NCBI GenBank assembly: GCA_046350855.1
Contig: JAXLZM010000002.1
Span: 78,103 to 142,102 of the forward strand
Source: Candidatus Anderseniibacteriota bacterium
GTDB lineage: Bacteria > Patescibacteriota > JAUYIX01
DNA: 64,000 nucleotides
Direction of reading: 5' to 3'
Shown here: piece by piece, positions 1-11,354 of the stretch
Layout: each line of letters begins with the position of its first letter
How positions within the stretch are numbered: position 1 is the first letter of the stretch
Notes under the pieces: generated by a model
Databases searched by the model: none
What the model saw: the letters and a program-made list of their open reading frames with translations, nothing else
Told to the model about the DNA's origin: nothing
Translations under genes and position numbers: made by a program

Positions 1-63
1 ACGTCGAATCTGATCTATAGAGCTGGCAATACTTTGTAGGGTTGGTTGAGTTGTGGTTGGCAT
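1..63 (-). CDS. Possible 5' end of a gene running off the window edge (MPTTTQPTLQSIASSIDQIRR...)
   Basis: ATG at 63-61 on the minus strand with an open frame to position 1; too short to assign a product. Confidence 0.3.
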   Translation of the reverse strand, partial: MPTTTQPTLQSIASSIDQIRR

Positions 64-254
64 TGGAGAGGGTTAGTAAATCGTGTCTCAATGCTGGCAC
101 AAAAACCTTAAGAAAAGATTAAGGGATATGCCCTCCAAAACAAAAAAGAGTGGAAAACTCACTAAAAATGAAAAGGCTTTTTTCAAGTGCGCTAGCCTGT
201 AGAGTAGGCGAGTAGCGGGTTCACAAAAAACACCCTCATTTTTTCTGTGGATGA

Positions 255-1466
255 CTAACGAGAGTGCTTAGATTTTTTGAGCAGTCCGACAACCTGCGCC
301 AACTTTTCCACCGTCTGATCGAGTAGGGCTTGAGTTGTGCTCCGTCCCAGGGTGAACCGCACACTGCCGTGTGCCCGCGTGTAGGGGAGGCCAAGTGCAA
401 GGACCACGTGGGAGGGCTCGATACTGTGCGAGTCGCAGGTGGATCCCGTCGCCGCAGCCACACCGAGTTCGTCCAGCATGCTGATGATCGAATCGCCCTC
501 GATGCCTGGGATCGTGATGTGAATATTGTTGGGTAGGCGCTGCGTGGGGTGGCCGGTGAATTGGGCCTCGGGGACTGCCGTGAAGATCTTTTTAATGGTT
601 GCGTCGCGGAGTTTTGTCTGGCGAGCTGATTCAGTAACGCGGTCGGCTTCGGCCAACTCGAGGGATTTGGCAAAACCGACGATAGCAGCGACATTTTCCG
701 TGCCGGCGCGACGGTTGTCTTCTTGTGAGCCACCCACAATGAGGGGTTCGACTTGCACTCCACGCTCGGCAAGTTTTTTGCTGACGTACAAGAGCCCCAC
801 ACCTTTTGGCCCATACATCTTGCTGCCATTGAGCGTCATGAGATCGACGCCGAGCTCGCCCACAGCGAGTGGGAGCGCACCGGCCGCTTGGCAGGCGTCG
901 GTGTGGAACGGCACCTTGTGCTTGCGTGCAATGGCGGCCAGCTCGGTGATGGGTTCAACCGTGCCGACCTCGTTGTTGGCATACATGATCGAAATCAAAA
1001 TCGTTTTGTCGATGATGGCGGCCTCGAGCGTTTTGGGATCAACCAAGCCGGTGGCGTCGACCGGGAGGCGCGTCACGGCAAACCCCCAGCTCTCGAGCCG
1101 ATCGACCGCGCGCAAAACCGCTTTGTGTTCGATGGCCGAGACGATGACGTGGTTGCCGCGATTGGCCTTGCGCGCCGCCTGCGCGATGCCAAAGATCGCC
1201 ATGTTGTCGGACTCGGTGCCGGATCCGGTAAACATGAGTTCTTCTGGTGTGACGGATCCCGTGGCAGAACCACTCAAAATCTTTGCGATGCTCGCCCGAG
1301 CGGTATCGAGCGCCTGCTTAGCGGTTCGTCCCTCCTTATAGAGTGCGGATGGATTGCCAAACTCGGCGCCAAGGTATGGCTGCATCGCTACAAGAACGCG
1401 CGGGTCGAGGGGAGTGGTGGCGGCATGGTCGAGATAGATGCGCTCGGTGCGCGAAACGTTCTTCAT
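255..1466 (-). CDS. iscS: IscS/NifS-type (class I) cysteine desulfurase
   Basis: Motifs IYLDHAATTP, FGNPS, SGTESDN, HTDACQA, NGSKMYGPKG (PLP lysine), RAGTEN, ATGSTC (catalytic Cys), GSVRFTLGR. Confidence 0.92.
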   Translation of the reverse strand: MKNVSRTERIYLDHAATTPLDPRVLVAMQPYLGAEFGNPSALYKEGRTAKQALDTARASIAKILSGSATGSVTPEELMFTGSGTESDNMAIFGIAQAARKANRGNHVIVSAIEHKAVLRAVDRLESWGFAVTRLPVDATGLVDPKTLEAAIIDKTILISIMYANNEVGTVEPITELAAIARKHKVPFHTDACQAAGALPLAVGELGVDLMTLNGSKMYGPKGVGLLYVSKKLAERGVQVEPLIVGGSQEDNRRAGTENVAAIVGFAKSLELAEADRVTESARQTKLRDATIKKIFTAVPEAQFTGHPTQRLPNNIHITIPGIEGDSIISMLDELGVAAATGSTCDSHSIEPSHVVLALGLPYTRAHGSVRFTLGRSTTQALLDQTVEKLAQVVGLLKKSKHSR

Positions 1467-1548
1467 AAATCCGCTTAGCTGTAGCGTTTTTTTGGCTGAA
1501 CGTCAACTATATAGCCATCCGGGGTTAGTTGTTCTACGATTCAGGATT

Positions 1549-3441
1549 ATGCCAGGAGAACGCCCCGGACCAGGCCCAGAATTTTTAGGAGAAAAATACC
1601 AAGACCTGCCTGGTTCTAAACCGGTAGAGCGTGCCGTACAAAAAGAGCTACGCTCCGGCAAGCCCGGACCGACCACTAAAGAGGGTCGCATCGAATCGTA
1701 CCTGGGACGTCTCGAGCGCATCACCGAGGATGAGCGCGGCTATGAGCTCCTCAAAAATAAGCTCCTCAACAAATTTACAATCAATCTCGACGACACCGAG
1801 CTCGTTGACCGTATCGCCCACGGCCTCTACGAATCCGAGAAAAAGCTCGCCATCGAGCAAGGCCGCGGCGCAGATATCCGTCGCTTTGAGTCCGAGCAAA
1901 ACGTGGTCGAGCACTACAAACCGCTCGTCAAAGAAAAAGCCGAGATCCAGCAACGCACGCTCTCCAATTGGCTCGATTATCTCCAGCGCAACGACGCCAA
2001 ACAGCCCATGAGTTTTAGGTACTTTGTCGTACGCAGCCTCGAAAAAATGGGTCAGTTCGACAAAGAGCGCGGCCAGTACAGCAAACGCACGATCACCACC
2101 GTCGCGCCTTTTCCGGAGCTCAACTCCGAGGCACTTGGTTGGGTCTATCAGCGGCTCACCAAAGGTCTTGATCCGGACGAACAATACGACCCAGCGCAAA
2201 AAGCTGAGCTACAAAAACTCATCAAATCAAAAGACTTTGCCAAATTGTACGCCCATGCCCAAATCGAGACCGCCGGCAAACTCAACCGCGAATCACTCGA
2301 TGGAACCTGGAAAAAATATGACAAGGGTAGCGACTGGCGCACACTTGAGCATGATCTCAAAAACAAAGGTACCGGTTGGTGCACGGCCGAGGGCAGCGCC
2401 AAACCGCACCTGGCCGGCGGTGACTTTTTTGTCTATTACACCAAGGGTAAGGAGGGCAAGTACACCGAGCCGCGCGTCGCTATCCGCATGGAGGGCGACC
2501 ACATCGGTGAGGTCAGAGGTGTAGGGGCCAGGCAGGAGGTAGAACCGGCTCTTGTCGACGCAGCGCAGGCTAAGTACCACAAACTCCCGGGTGGCGAATC
2601 CTACGATAAAAAAGCCCACGACATGAAATACATGACCGCCCTTACCAAAAAACAGGCCGAGGGCAAACCCCTTACGGGACCAGACCTCAGATTCTTGTAC
2701 GAGCTCGACGCTCCGATCGAGAGCTTTGGGTACGATAAAGATCCTCGTGTCGCTGAGACTCGTAAAGGACGCGACGTTGAACAAGATATGTTGGCGGTTT
2801 TTGATGCGACGCCAGAGCAAATTGCACACCAAACGAGCGAGGTGCGTTCTGATACCAAGGCCTATGTCGGAAAATTAGAGCCGGGTGTTTTTGAGCTGCT
2901 CAGTAAATATCCTACAATTGAGCATATCTACACGAGCTTTCCAGAAAAGCCCATCCGCATCGAGCGACTTGAGACTGGTGGCAAAACCGCTGACCAGTAC
3001 ATCAAACTGCTCGAGGCGCAGGGTCACAAGATTTACGACTACGCCCTGGATATGCTCAAGAGTAAGGACTTTAAACCAGCCACCCAGGCGCAAAATCTCG
3101 AACTCGTACGACTCTCGGTCGGTGATCTTATGTTGCCTGAGGACCGTCAAAGGGGGTACCTCACTACGGATGAACTCTATAAGCGTGCAGACAGCTTTGG
3201 GTTGGACCTTGCTCCCGCCGAAACGGGCCCCGAACTCCGTCTCAAACTCAAAAACCAGCCAGTCGGTGAATACGTCTATGTAGGCATGAAGCCTATAACC
3301 GTTCGCGACGGCAATCCGAGCGTCTTCTGCGTCGAGCGCGGTGAGGATGGGTCCTGGCTCCAGCGGCGACGATGCCGGGCCCGTCAACTCGTGGGGTCCC
3401 GACCATCAGATCGTGTTCCGTCTCCGCAAGTAGCTTTGTGA
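1549..3441 (+). CDS. DGR target protein (about 630 aa) with a C-terminal variable region; last codons frameshifted by a 1-nt insertion in VR
   Basis: Probable start ATG 1549 (MPGERPGPGPE). The 3' end matches the TR. The TR-register frame would end ...GSWLSGDDAGPVNSWGPDHQIVFRLRK* at TAG 3431-3433, whereas the actual frame ends at TGA 3439-3441. Confidence 0.85.
   Translation: MPGERPGPGPEFLGEKYQDLPGSKPVERAVQKELRSGKPGPTTKEGRIESYLGRLERITEDERGYELLKNKLLNKFTINLDDTELVDRIAHGLYESEKKLAIEQGRGADIRRFESEQNVVEHYKPLVKEKAEIQQRTLSNWLDYLQRNDAKQPMSFRYFVVRSLEKMGQFDKERGQYSKRTITTVAPFPELNSEALGWVYQRLTKGLDPDEQYDPAQKAELQKLIKSKDFAKLYAHAQIETAGKLNRESLDGTWKKYDKGSDWRTLEHDLKNKGTGWCTAEGSAKPHLAGGDFFVYYTKGKEGKYTEPRVAIRMEGDHIGEVRGVGARQEVEPALVDAAQAKYHKLPGGESYDKKAHDMKYMTALTKKQAEGKPLTGPDLRFLYELDAPIESFGYDKDPRVAETRKGRDVEQDMLAVFDATPEQIAHQTSEVRSDTKAYVGKLEPGVFELLSKYPTIEHIYTSFPEKPIRIERLETGGKTADQYIKLLEAQGHKIYDYALDMLKSKDFKPATQAQNLELVRLSVGDLMLPEDRQRGYLTTDELYKRADSFGLDLAPAETGPELRLKLKNQPVGEYVYVGMKPITVRDGNPSVFCVERGEDGSWLQRRRCRARQLVGSRPSDRVPSPQVAL
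3297..3429 (+). repeat. DGR variable repeat (VR)
   Basis: 133 nt, aligned by hand to the reverse complement of 4893-5024: 19 substitutions, all at TR adenines, plus one inserted base near 3361. Confidence 0.97.
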
Positions 3442-3442
3442 T

Positions 3443-4875
<1,433 letters not shown>

Positions 4876-4892
4876 GTGCGGAAAAGAGCCAG

Positions 4893-5024
4893 TTGCGGAG
4901 ACGGAACACGATCTGATTGTCGGGATTCCACTTGTTGTCGGGCTTGGCATTGTTGCTGTTGAGCCAGGACCCATCCTCATTGCGCTTGACGTTGAAGACG
5001 CTCGGATTGCCGTCTCGATCGGTT
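4893..5024 (-). ncRNA. DGR template repeat (TR)
   Basis: 132 nt, AAY-codon-rich copy of VR (TDRDGNPSVFNVKRNEDGSWLNSNNAKPDNKWNPDNQIVFRLR), on the same strand as and upstream of RT. Confidence 0.97.
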
Positions 5025-5273
5025 TGTACGATGTGCCATCCGTAACACTGCTTGCGCAGCAAAACAGCAGATCAAAGCGCCAAGCTGTATTGATTGCGTG
5101 ATCAAAAATCAGCCAGCACATCGCACCAAGTAGTTCTTTTTTAATGAGCTAGACACGGGTCCTCCGCAGATAGCCTTGACCATCCACGTTCTCAATCCAT
5201 GGTAGTCAATTTAGTCTCGCAAAGCCGTAACCGTACGATACGACTAAATCGGTTGAATTGTAGCAAAAAGGTC

Positions 5274-5302
5274 TTGACGTTCCGCCCGATCCTCAATATA
5301 GT
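5274..5302 (+). promoter_or_regulatory. Sigma70-type promoter of the suf operon
   Basis: TTGACG (5274-5279), 17 nt spacer, TATAGT (5297-5302); overlaps an imperfect palindrome (GTACCAATCTAGTCTA) resembling an Rrf2/IscR operator. Confidence 0.7.
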
Positions 5303-5328
5303 ACCAATCTAGTCTACTTACGCTCAAT

Positions 5329-5772
5329 TTGGTGTTACGCATCGGTCGGCTAACGGATTACGGCATCGATTTACTCACGCTTTTTGTGGACCCGCGCGAG
5401 CCGCTCGGCGTGCAAGGGATTTCTGCGACGGAACTGGCTCGACGCTCAGGTGTGCCGCTCCCGACCGTCAGCAAAATCTGCAAGCTCCTCACTAAAGCCG
5501 AGTTGCTTGTCGCCAGTCGTGGCAAAACCGGCGGGTATCGGTTGGCGCGCGATCCGAGTGAGATTTCGGTCGCCGATGTCGTGCGAGCACTGGAGGGTCC
5601 GATCGCACTGACGGCCTGTGTGGCCGATCCTGGGAGTTGCGCTCTCGAAGACAGTTGCGGAACGCGCACCAACTGGCAACGGATCAACCAGCACGTTTTT
5701 GCGTCGCTCGAGTCGGTCAAGATTTCTGAGATGCGAAGTCCTGTTCGGCATAAAAAGTTCGCCCATGTCTAA
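5329..5772 (+). CDS. Rrf2-family transcriptional regulator (SUF system Fe-S assembly regulator)
   Basis: LTDYG, winged helix SATELARRSGVPLPTVSKI, SRGKTGGYRLARDPSEISVADVVRALEGP, three C-terminal Cys. Confidence 0.92.
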   Translation: MVLRIGRLTDYGIDLLTLFVDPREPLGVQGISATELARRSGVPLPTVSKICKLLTKAELLVASRGKTGGYRLARDPSEISVADVVRALEGPIALTACVADPGSCALEDSCGTRTNWQRINQHVFASLESVKISEMRSPVRHKKFAHV

Positions 5773-8272
5773 GACAACGCTCCAGCAACTCAGTACGCAG
5801 CCATATAAGTATGGTTTTTCGAGTAAGATCGCGACGGACACCGTGCCGGTCGGTCTTAACGAAGACATTATCCGCATGATCTCTACTAAAAAGCACGAAC
5901 CAGCCTGGCTTCTCGAGTGGCGTCTGCGAGCTTTTAAGTTTTGGCAGACGCTCACACCGCCGACCTGGCAAAATGTCGAGTTCCCCGCCATCGACTACCA
6001 GGCCATTCGTTACTACGCCGCTCCCAAGCGCCGCGCTCTCAAGAGTCTCGACCAAGTTGATCCGGAGATTCGACGCATGTTCGACAAGCTTGGTATCTCA
6101 CTGGACGAACAAAAACGTATCAGTGGTGTTGCCATGGACGCCGTGGTTGATAGCGCCTCGGTTGCGACCACTTTTAGTAAGGAACTCGCACGCCTCGGCA
6201 TTATTTTTTGCAGCTTGAGCGAAGCCGTGCAAAAACATCCCGATCTCGTACGCAAAAATCTCGGCACAGTTGTATCGTTTGGCGACAATTACTTTGCCAG
6301 CCTCAACGCGGCGGTCTTCAGCGACGGCTCGTTCTGCTATATCCCCAAAGGCGTGCGCTGTCCCATGGAGCTTTCGACGTATTTCCGCATCAACTCGGCG
6401 GGCACCGGTCAGTTTGAGCGGACGCTTATTATTGCGGAAGATGATGCGTACGTAAGTTATCTAGAGGGCTGCTTGCCAGGTGATGAGGAGGTCTCTTGTG
6501 GAGATCAAATCAAAACAATCCGGGACATTGAGGTCGGCAGTGACGTCGTCAATCATGAGGGAGAGCAAGCGCAGGTTGGAAAGATAATGCGAAGAGGTTA
6601 TGACGGCGAAATGTTTGAAATTACACCGCGTAGTCCGGGAAATGCATTTAGAATAACGTCAGAACATCCTGTTTTGTCTATCAAACGTGAATTAGTGCAG
6701 CGCTCAGTGAGGCCTGAAGGAAGATGGAGCGATATTGATCAGGCTAAGCTGGAAAAAACTCAACCGACCTTTACTCCCGCGAAGGACTTAACGGAAGGAG
6801 ATCTACTCGTATTTCCGGTTAATAAGATTGAAAAGAACGACTCGACATTGAGTGACGACTTCCTCAAATTATTGGGTTATTACATTGCAGAGGGGTGCTC
6901 GACAAAATTCAATGGATATAACGCGACTGAATTCTCTTTGGGTGATCACGAAGCAGACCTAATCGATGAGGTTTGCGAATTAATTGAAAAAATCACGGGT
7001 AAGCGCCCATCTTGCTCGCATGATGTACGTAAGCACGGAATGTACATCGTTACATACGACAAAGACCTTTTTGCCAAGTTACTCGAACATGGTGGAAAAT
7101 ATGCGCTTTACAAGAAAATGAGTAAGACGATTATGGAGTTGCCGCCGCAAAGACAAAAACTTTTGATTGAAACGTATTACAAGGGCGATGGCTCTCGATC
7201 AAAGGAAGGAAGTTTAACGCGAGTTCGGGCCGCAACAATATCGAGAAACCTGGCATTCCAGATGCAAGAATTACTTGCGCGACAGGGAATCTTCGCCTAC
7301 ATGAATACGCGCGAAGCATTCTCAGAACGCATGAAGGACGGACATTTTATTCACCATAAAAAACGGTACGTTCTGTTTTATGCAGAAAACACTCGTAGCA
7401 GACGGGCGATTCGTAAAGAAGATTACTTTTTGGTGCCAATTAAGAGCGTCAGCAAAAAGCGCTTTAGAGGTTTTGTATATAACTTTGAAACTAAACAGGA
7501 GCCCCATTCATATTTGGTAAAGGGCTTTGCGGTTCATAACTGTACGGCGCCTCGTCGTGATGAAAACCAACTGCACGCGGCCGTGGTTGAGTTAGTCGCG
7601 AAAGATCGCGCAGAAATTAAGTACGCCACGGTCCAAAACTGGTATCCCGGCGACGCCGACGGCAAGGGCGGCATTTACAACTTTGTTACCAAGCGCGGCA
7701 AGTGCCAGGGTAAAAACAGCAAGATTAGCTGGACGCAGGTTGAAACCGGTTCTGCCATTACCTGGAAATATCCGAGCGTGATTTTATTTGGCGACAACTC
7801 GGTGGGCGAATTTTACTCGGTAGCCCTGACCGCCAACCGCCAGCAAGCCGACACCGGCAGCAAGATGACGCACATCGGCAAAAACACGCGCAGCACGATT
7901 ATTTCTAAGGGGATCGCGGCCGGCCACGGGCGCAACACCTATCGCGGGTTGGTGCGCATCATGAGTACCGCCACGGGTGCCCACAATTACACCCAGTGCG
8001 ACTCGCTCATGCTGGGCGAGCACTGTCAGGCTACGACTCTGCCGTATATCGAGCAGCGTAACGACACCTCGACCATCGAGCACGAGGCCAGTACCGCCAC
8101 CATTCGGGATGAACAGCTGGTTTATTTGCGCCAGCGTGGCATCGCCGAAGAAGAAGCGGTCAGCATGATCGTCAATGGTTTTGGCAAGACGGTTTTTAAA
8201 CGCTTGCCGCTTGAGTTTGCCGTGGAAGCCCGAAACTTACTCAGCCTACGACTAGAAGGGAGCATCGCCTAA
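5765..8272 (+). CDS. sufB: Fe-S assembly scaffold SufB, interrupted by an intein
   Basis: YKYGF, FSDGSFCYIPKGVRCPMELSTYFRIN, GQFERTLI, YLEG/CTAP, QVETGSAITWKYPS, QADTG, IEHEAS. Confidence 0.96.
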   Translation: MSKTTLQQLSTQPYKYGFSSKIATDTVPVGLNEDIIRMISTKKHEPAWLLEWRLRAFKFWQTLTPPTWQNVEFPAIDYQAIRYYAAPKRRALKSLDQVDPEIRRMFDKLGISLDEQKRISGVAMDAVVDSASVATTFSKELARLGIIFCSLSEAVQKHPDLVRKNLGTVVSFGDNYFASLNAAVFSDGSFCYIPKGVRCPMELSTYFRINSAGTGQFERTLIIAEDDAYVSYLEGCLPGDEEVSCGDQIKTIRDIEVGSDVVNHEGEQAQVGKIMRRGYDGEMFEITPRSPGNAFRITSEHPVLSIKRELVQRSVRPEGRWSDIDQAKLEKTQPTFTPAKDLTEGDLLVFPVNKIEKNDSTLSDDFLKLLGYYIAEGCSTKFNGYNATEFSLGDHEADLIDEVCELIEKITGKRPSCSHDVRKHGMYIVTYDKDLFAKLLEHGGKYALYKKMSKTIMELPPQRQKLLIETYYKGDGSRSKEGSLTRVRAATISRNLAFQMQELLARQGIFAYMNTREAFSERMKDGHFIHHKKRYVLFYAENTRSRRAIRKEDYFLVPIKSVSKKRFRGFVYNFETKQEPHSYLVKGFAVHNCTAPRRDENQLHAAVVELVAKDRAEIKYATVQNWYPGDADGKGGIYNFVTKRGKCQGKNSKISWTQVETGSAITWKYPSVILFGDNSVGEFYSVALTANRQQADTGSKMTHIGKNTRSTIISKGIAAGHGRNTYRGLVRIMSTATGAHNYTQCDSLMLGEHCQATTLPYIEQRNDTSTIEHEASTATIRDEQLVYLRQRGIAEEEAVSMIVNGFGKTVFKRLPLEFAVEARNLLSLRLEGSIA
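6470..7540 (+). mobile_element. Intein (357 aa) with LAGLIDADG homing endonuclease in SufB
   Basis: Starts CLPGDEEV after YLEG, block B TSEHP, endonuclease motifs LLGYYIAEG and LIETYYKGDGS, ends VYNFET...FAVHN followed by extein Cys+1 (CTAP); visibly more AT-rich than the exteins. Confidence 0.96.
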
Positions 8273-8281
8273 CGCACCACC

Positions 8282-8986
8282 ATGTCAAAAAACGTACTCT
8301 CGATAAAAAACCTACACGTAGCACGCCAAGATAAAGAAATTCTTAAAGGAATTTCTTTGGAGGTTGGTGCGGGCGAGTTACACGTGCTGCTCGGACCTAA
8401 TGGTTCTGGCAAAAGCACACTCGCAGCCGTCTTAGCAGGTGATCCGCGCTACAAAGTGACTCAAGGATCCGTCACGCTCGACGGTAAAGACTTTTTAGCA
8501 CTCTCTCCAGAGCAGCGGGCGCTCAGCGGAGTTTTTATTGGGTTCCAACACCCGGTCGAGGTCCCCGGACTCAGTACAGCACAGTTTTTACGTGCCGCGC
8601 TTAACGCCAAGCGCGCCGCAGCCAAACTAGCCCCCTTAGGAGCTGCAGAATTCTTAACCCAAGCCAAAAATGCGCTGCACGAAGTTGGTCTAGTCGAATC
8701 AACCCTCGAGCGCGCCGTCAACGTCGGCTTCTCGGGCGGCGAAAAAAAGCGCCTCGAACTCGCACAGCTGCTCCTGCTCCAGCCTCGTTTTGCAATTCTC
8801 GATGAGATCGACTCGGGCATCGATGTCGATGGACTCAACTCGATCGCGGCCAGTCTCGAGCGGTTCTACCAAAAGGGTGGCGGGCTGCTCGTTATCACCC
8901 ACAACCCGCGCCTGGTTGAACAACTCAAAGTCGCCAAAGTGCACACCGTGCAATCCGGCCACGTGGCAGAACAGGAACCGTCATGA
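8282..8986 (+). CDS. sufC: Fe-S assembly ATPase SufC
   Basis: GPNGSGKST, FQHPVEVPG, VGFSGGEKKR, ILDEIDSGIDVD. Confidence 0.95.
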   Translation: MSKNVLSIKNLHVARQDKEILKGISLEVGAGELHVLLGPNGSGKSTLAAVLAGDPRYKVTQGSVTLDGKDFLALSPEQRALSGVFIGFQHPVEVPGLSTAQFLRAALNAKRAAAKLAPLGAAEFLTQAKNALHEVGLVESTLERAVNVGFSGGEKKRLELAQLLLLQPRFAILDEIDSGIDVDGLNSIAASLERFYQKGGGLLVITHNPRLVEQLKVAKVHTVQSGHVAEQEPS

Positions 8987-10119
8987 AAACCCTCGAAATC
9001 AAACCAGCGCAACTCCCCACAAAAAAGCTCGAGGAGTGGCGCTATACCGATGTGAGTGCATTGGCGGCAACCTACACGCTGCCGCCCATAACGCCAGCAC
9101 GTAGTAATAGTGCCGCAGGGGAGAACAACGTACTTTTTGTTGATGGACTACTGGTCAGCAAAAACCTGCCCAAAGGCGTCACTATTTCCAAACAAACCGC
9201 TGCCACATCACAGCCTGATGCCAACGCAATCGCTGCTGTAACCCCTGCCACTTTTTTTGAACAACTCGGCTCCAATGTTCCCGGCTACAAGCTAACAATC
9301 TCCGCCGGTCTTACACTCGCTGAACCATTGGTCGTTTGCTATCAGCAAAAAACGAGCGGTACCTTGGTTCGACCACGCTTGGCCATCACGATTGGCAAAG
9401 GAGCTGCGATAAAACTGATTGAGCGTGTCGAGGATCAACCAGATACAAAGCTGCTCGCAACCACGAGCGTCACCATCGATCTTGCGCAAGATGCACGGCT
9501 CGCCCACCAGATAGAGCAAATCGGATCGAGTGCCGCCGCACATATTCAATCACGCATCGTCACGCTCAAAAAAAATGCCAATTACGATTTGACCCTGCTC
9601 TCCTGGGGCGCAACCCTTGGCCGACAGTCGCTCAAAGTACAGCTCACTGAGCCGGGCGCCCAGGCTGACTTGCGTGGTGTCTACATTGCACGCGCCACGA
9701 CCCAGAGCGATTACCAAATCGAAGTCGACCACCAAGCGCCTGAGACCAGTTCGAGCCAATCATTTAGAGGAACGGTCTCTGGCACGGGCAAAGCCGTCTT
9801 TAGCGGCAAGATTATTGTCAGGCCCGAAGCAAAAAATGCGCGCGCGCATCAACTCAATAAAACGTTGCTGCTGGATACGACCGCGCAGATGTTCACCCGG
9901 CCACAATTGCAAATCGAAACCGACAAAGTGCGCTGCAGTCACGGGGCCAGCATCGGACGGATTAGTGCCGAGTCACTTTTTTATCTGACTAGTCGCGGGC
10001 TAACACCTGAGCTAGCACGCAAGCAGCTCGTTGGAGCTTTTTTACGAGCTGATCTATCTGGTGTCTTACTCGCCGATACTTTGCCGATCGTAGACGCCCA
10101 GATTGCGAGGGGCGTATGA
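8983..10119 (+). CDS. sufD: Fe-S assembly protein SufD
   Basis: PTKKLEEWRYTD, VFSGKIIV, PQLQIETDKVRCSHGASIG, LFYLTSRGL. Confidence 0.92.
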   Translation: MKTLEIKPAQLPTKKLEEWRYTDVSALAATYTLPPITPARSNSAAGENNVLFVDGLLVSKNLPKGVTISKQTAATSQPDANAIAAVTPATFFEQLGSNVPGYKLTISAGLTLAEPLVVCYQQKTSGTLVRPRLAITIGKGAAIKLIERVEDQPDTKLLATTSVTIDLAQDARLAHQIEQIGSSAAAHIQSRIVTLKKNANYDLTLLSWGATLGRQSLKVQLTEPGAQADLRGVYIARATTQSDYQIEVDHQAPETSSSQSFRGTVSGTGKAVFSGKIIVRPEAKNARAHQLNKTLLLDTTAQMFTRPQLQIETDKVRCSHGASIGRISAESLFYLTSRGLTPELARKQLVGAFLRADLSGVLLADTLPIVDAQIARGV

Positions 10120-11354
10120 ACCAGGTACCCTTCCAGCGCGCAGATTTCCCAATCCTAGCCACCAAAGTCAGCGGTACACCGCTGGTGTATCTCGACAACG
10201 CGGCCACCAGTCAAAAACCGCGTGCAGTCCTCACAGCCGAGGCTAATTTTTATGAACACAACAACGCTAACGTGCATCGTGGCGTGCATGCTCTGAGTGT
10301 GCGTGCGACCAAAGCATACGAGGCAGCTCGTCAAACGGTGCAGCGTTTTATCGGTGCTGCGGACTCGCGCGAAATTATTTTTACGCGCGGCACCACCGAC
10401 TCTCTCAACTTTTTGGCAGACTCACTTGGATCCACATTCAAACCAGGCGATGAGATCGTTATTTCTGCCCTCGAACATCATTCCAATATCGTTCCGTGGC
10501 AGGTCATCGCTAAAAAAACCGGGGCCAAGCTTATCGTTTGGTCATTGCCCCTCTCGCTATCTGGCCTCAAATCACTTCTCAACGAGCACACAAAAATCGT
10601 TGCGATCGCGCATGTTTCTAACGTCCTCGGAACGGTTCTGCCAGTAAAAAAGATTGCCGATCTTGCGCACAAATACAACGCTCAGCTGATCGTCGACGGA
10701 GCACAAGCGGTTGGTCACCTACCCGTGGATGTCCAAGCACTCGACGCAGATTATTACGTTTTCTCGGGTCACAAAGTATACGGACCGACGGGTATCGGCG
10801 TTTTGTACGGCAGGTTGCGGCTCTTGGAGCACCTCTCACCCTATCAAACTGGGGGAGATATGGTTGCTACGGTTTCGTTTACTAACACGACCTATGCCGA
10901 ATTGCCCGCACGACTTGAGGCCGGGACTCCCAATGTTGCTGGTGCGGTCGGACTCGCTGCAGCCCTCGAGTACATCAACGCAAACGGCATCAACACAATC
11001 GCCAAGCACGAGTACACTCTGACAGAACAAGCGCGTATCAAACTCTCACACATCGCGGGCGTCAAATTGGTCGAACTACCAGACGGCAAACTATCCGCAG
11101 GCACCCTGTCCACAACCGGCATCGCCTCGTTTGTTGTCGAGGGCGTGCACCCACATGATCTGGGAACACTTCTTGATCAAGAAGGTGTTGCGATCCGGAC
11201 AGGCCTACTCTGCGCAGAACCACTCATCCGAGCCCTCGGCTACGACGCGGTTTGTCGCGCATCCTTTGCTGGTTACAACACCGAGGCCGACGTCGACGCC
11301 TTGGTCAGCGCGGTTCAAAAAGCCATTACAAAACTCGCACCAAAAACAAAATGA
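10116..11354 (+). CDS. sufS: Class II cysteine desulfurase SufS
   Basis: RADFPIL, YLDNAATSQKP, NVHRGVH, EHHSNIVPW, FSGHKVYGPTG, EAGTP, RTGLLCAEP. Confidence 0.95.
   Translation: MNQVPFQRADFPILATKVSGTPLVYLDNAATSQKPRAVLTAEANFYEHNNANVHRGVHALSVRATKAYEAARQTVQRFIGAADSREIIFTRGTTDSLNFLADSLGSTFKPGDEIVISALEHHSNIVPWQVIAKKTGAKLIVWSLPLSLSGLKSLLNEHTKIVAIAHVSNVLGTVLPVKKIADLAHKYNAQLIVDGAQAVGHLPVDVQALDADYYVFSGHKVYGPTGIGVLYGRLRLLEHLSPYQTGGDMVATVSFTNTTYAELPARLEAGTPNVAGAVGLAAALEYINANGINTIAKHEYTLTEQARIKLSHIAGVKLVELPDGKLSAGTLSTTGIASFVVEGVHPHDLGTLLDQEGVAIRTGLLCAEPLIRALGYDAVCRASFAGYNTEADVDALVSAVQKAITKLAPKTK

Noticed and set aside
1438-1548. N-terminal extension of the target ORF given in the ORF track
   Set aside because: It overlaps the divergent iscS start; ATG 1549 after AGGA is more plausible.
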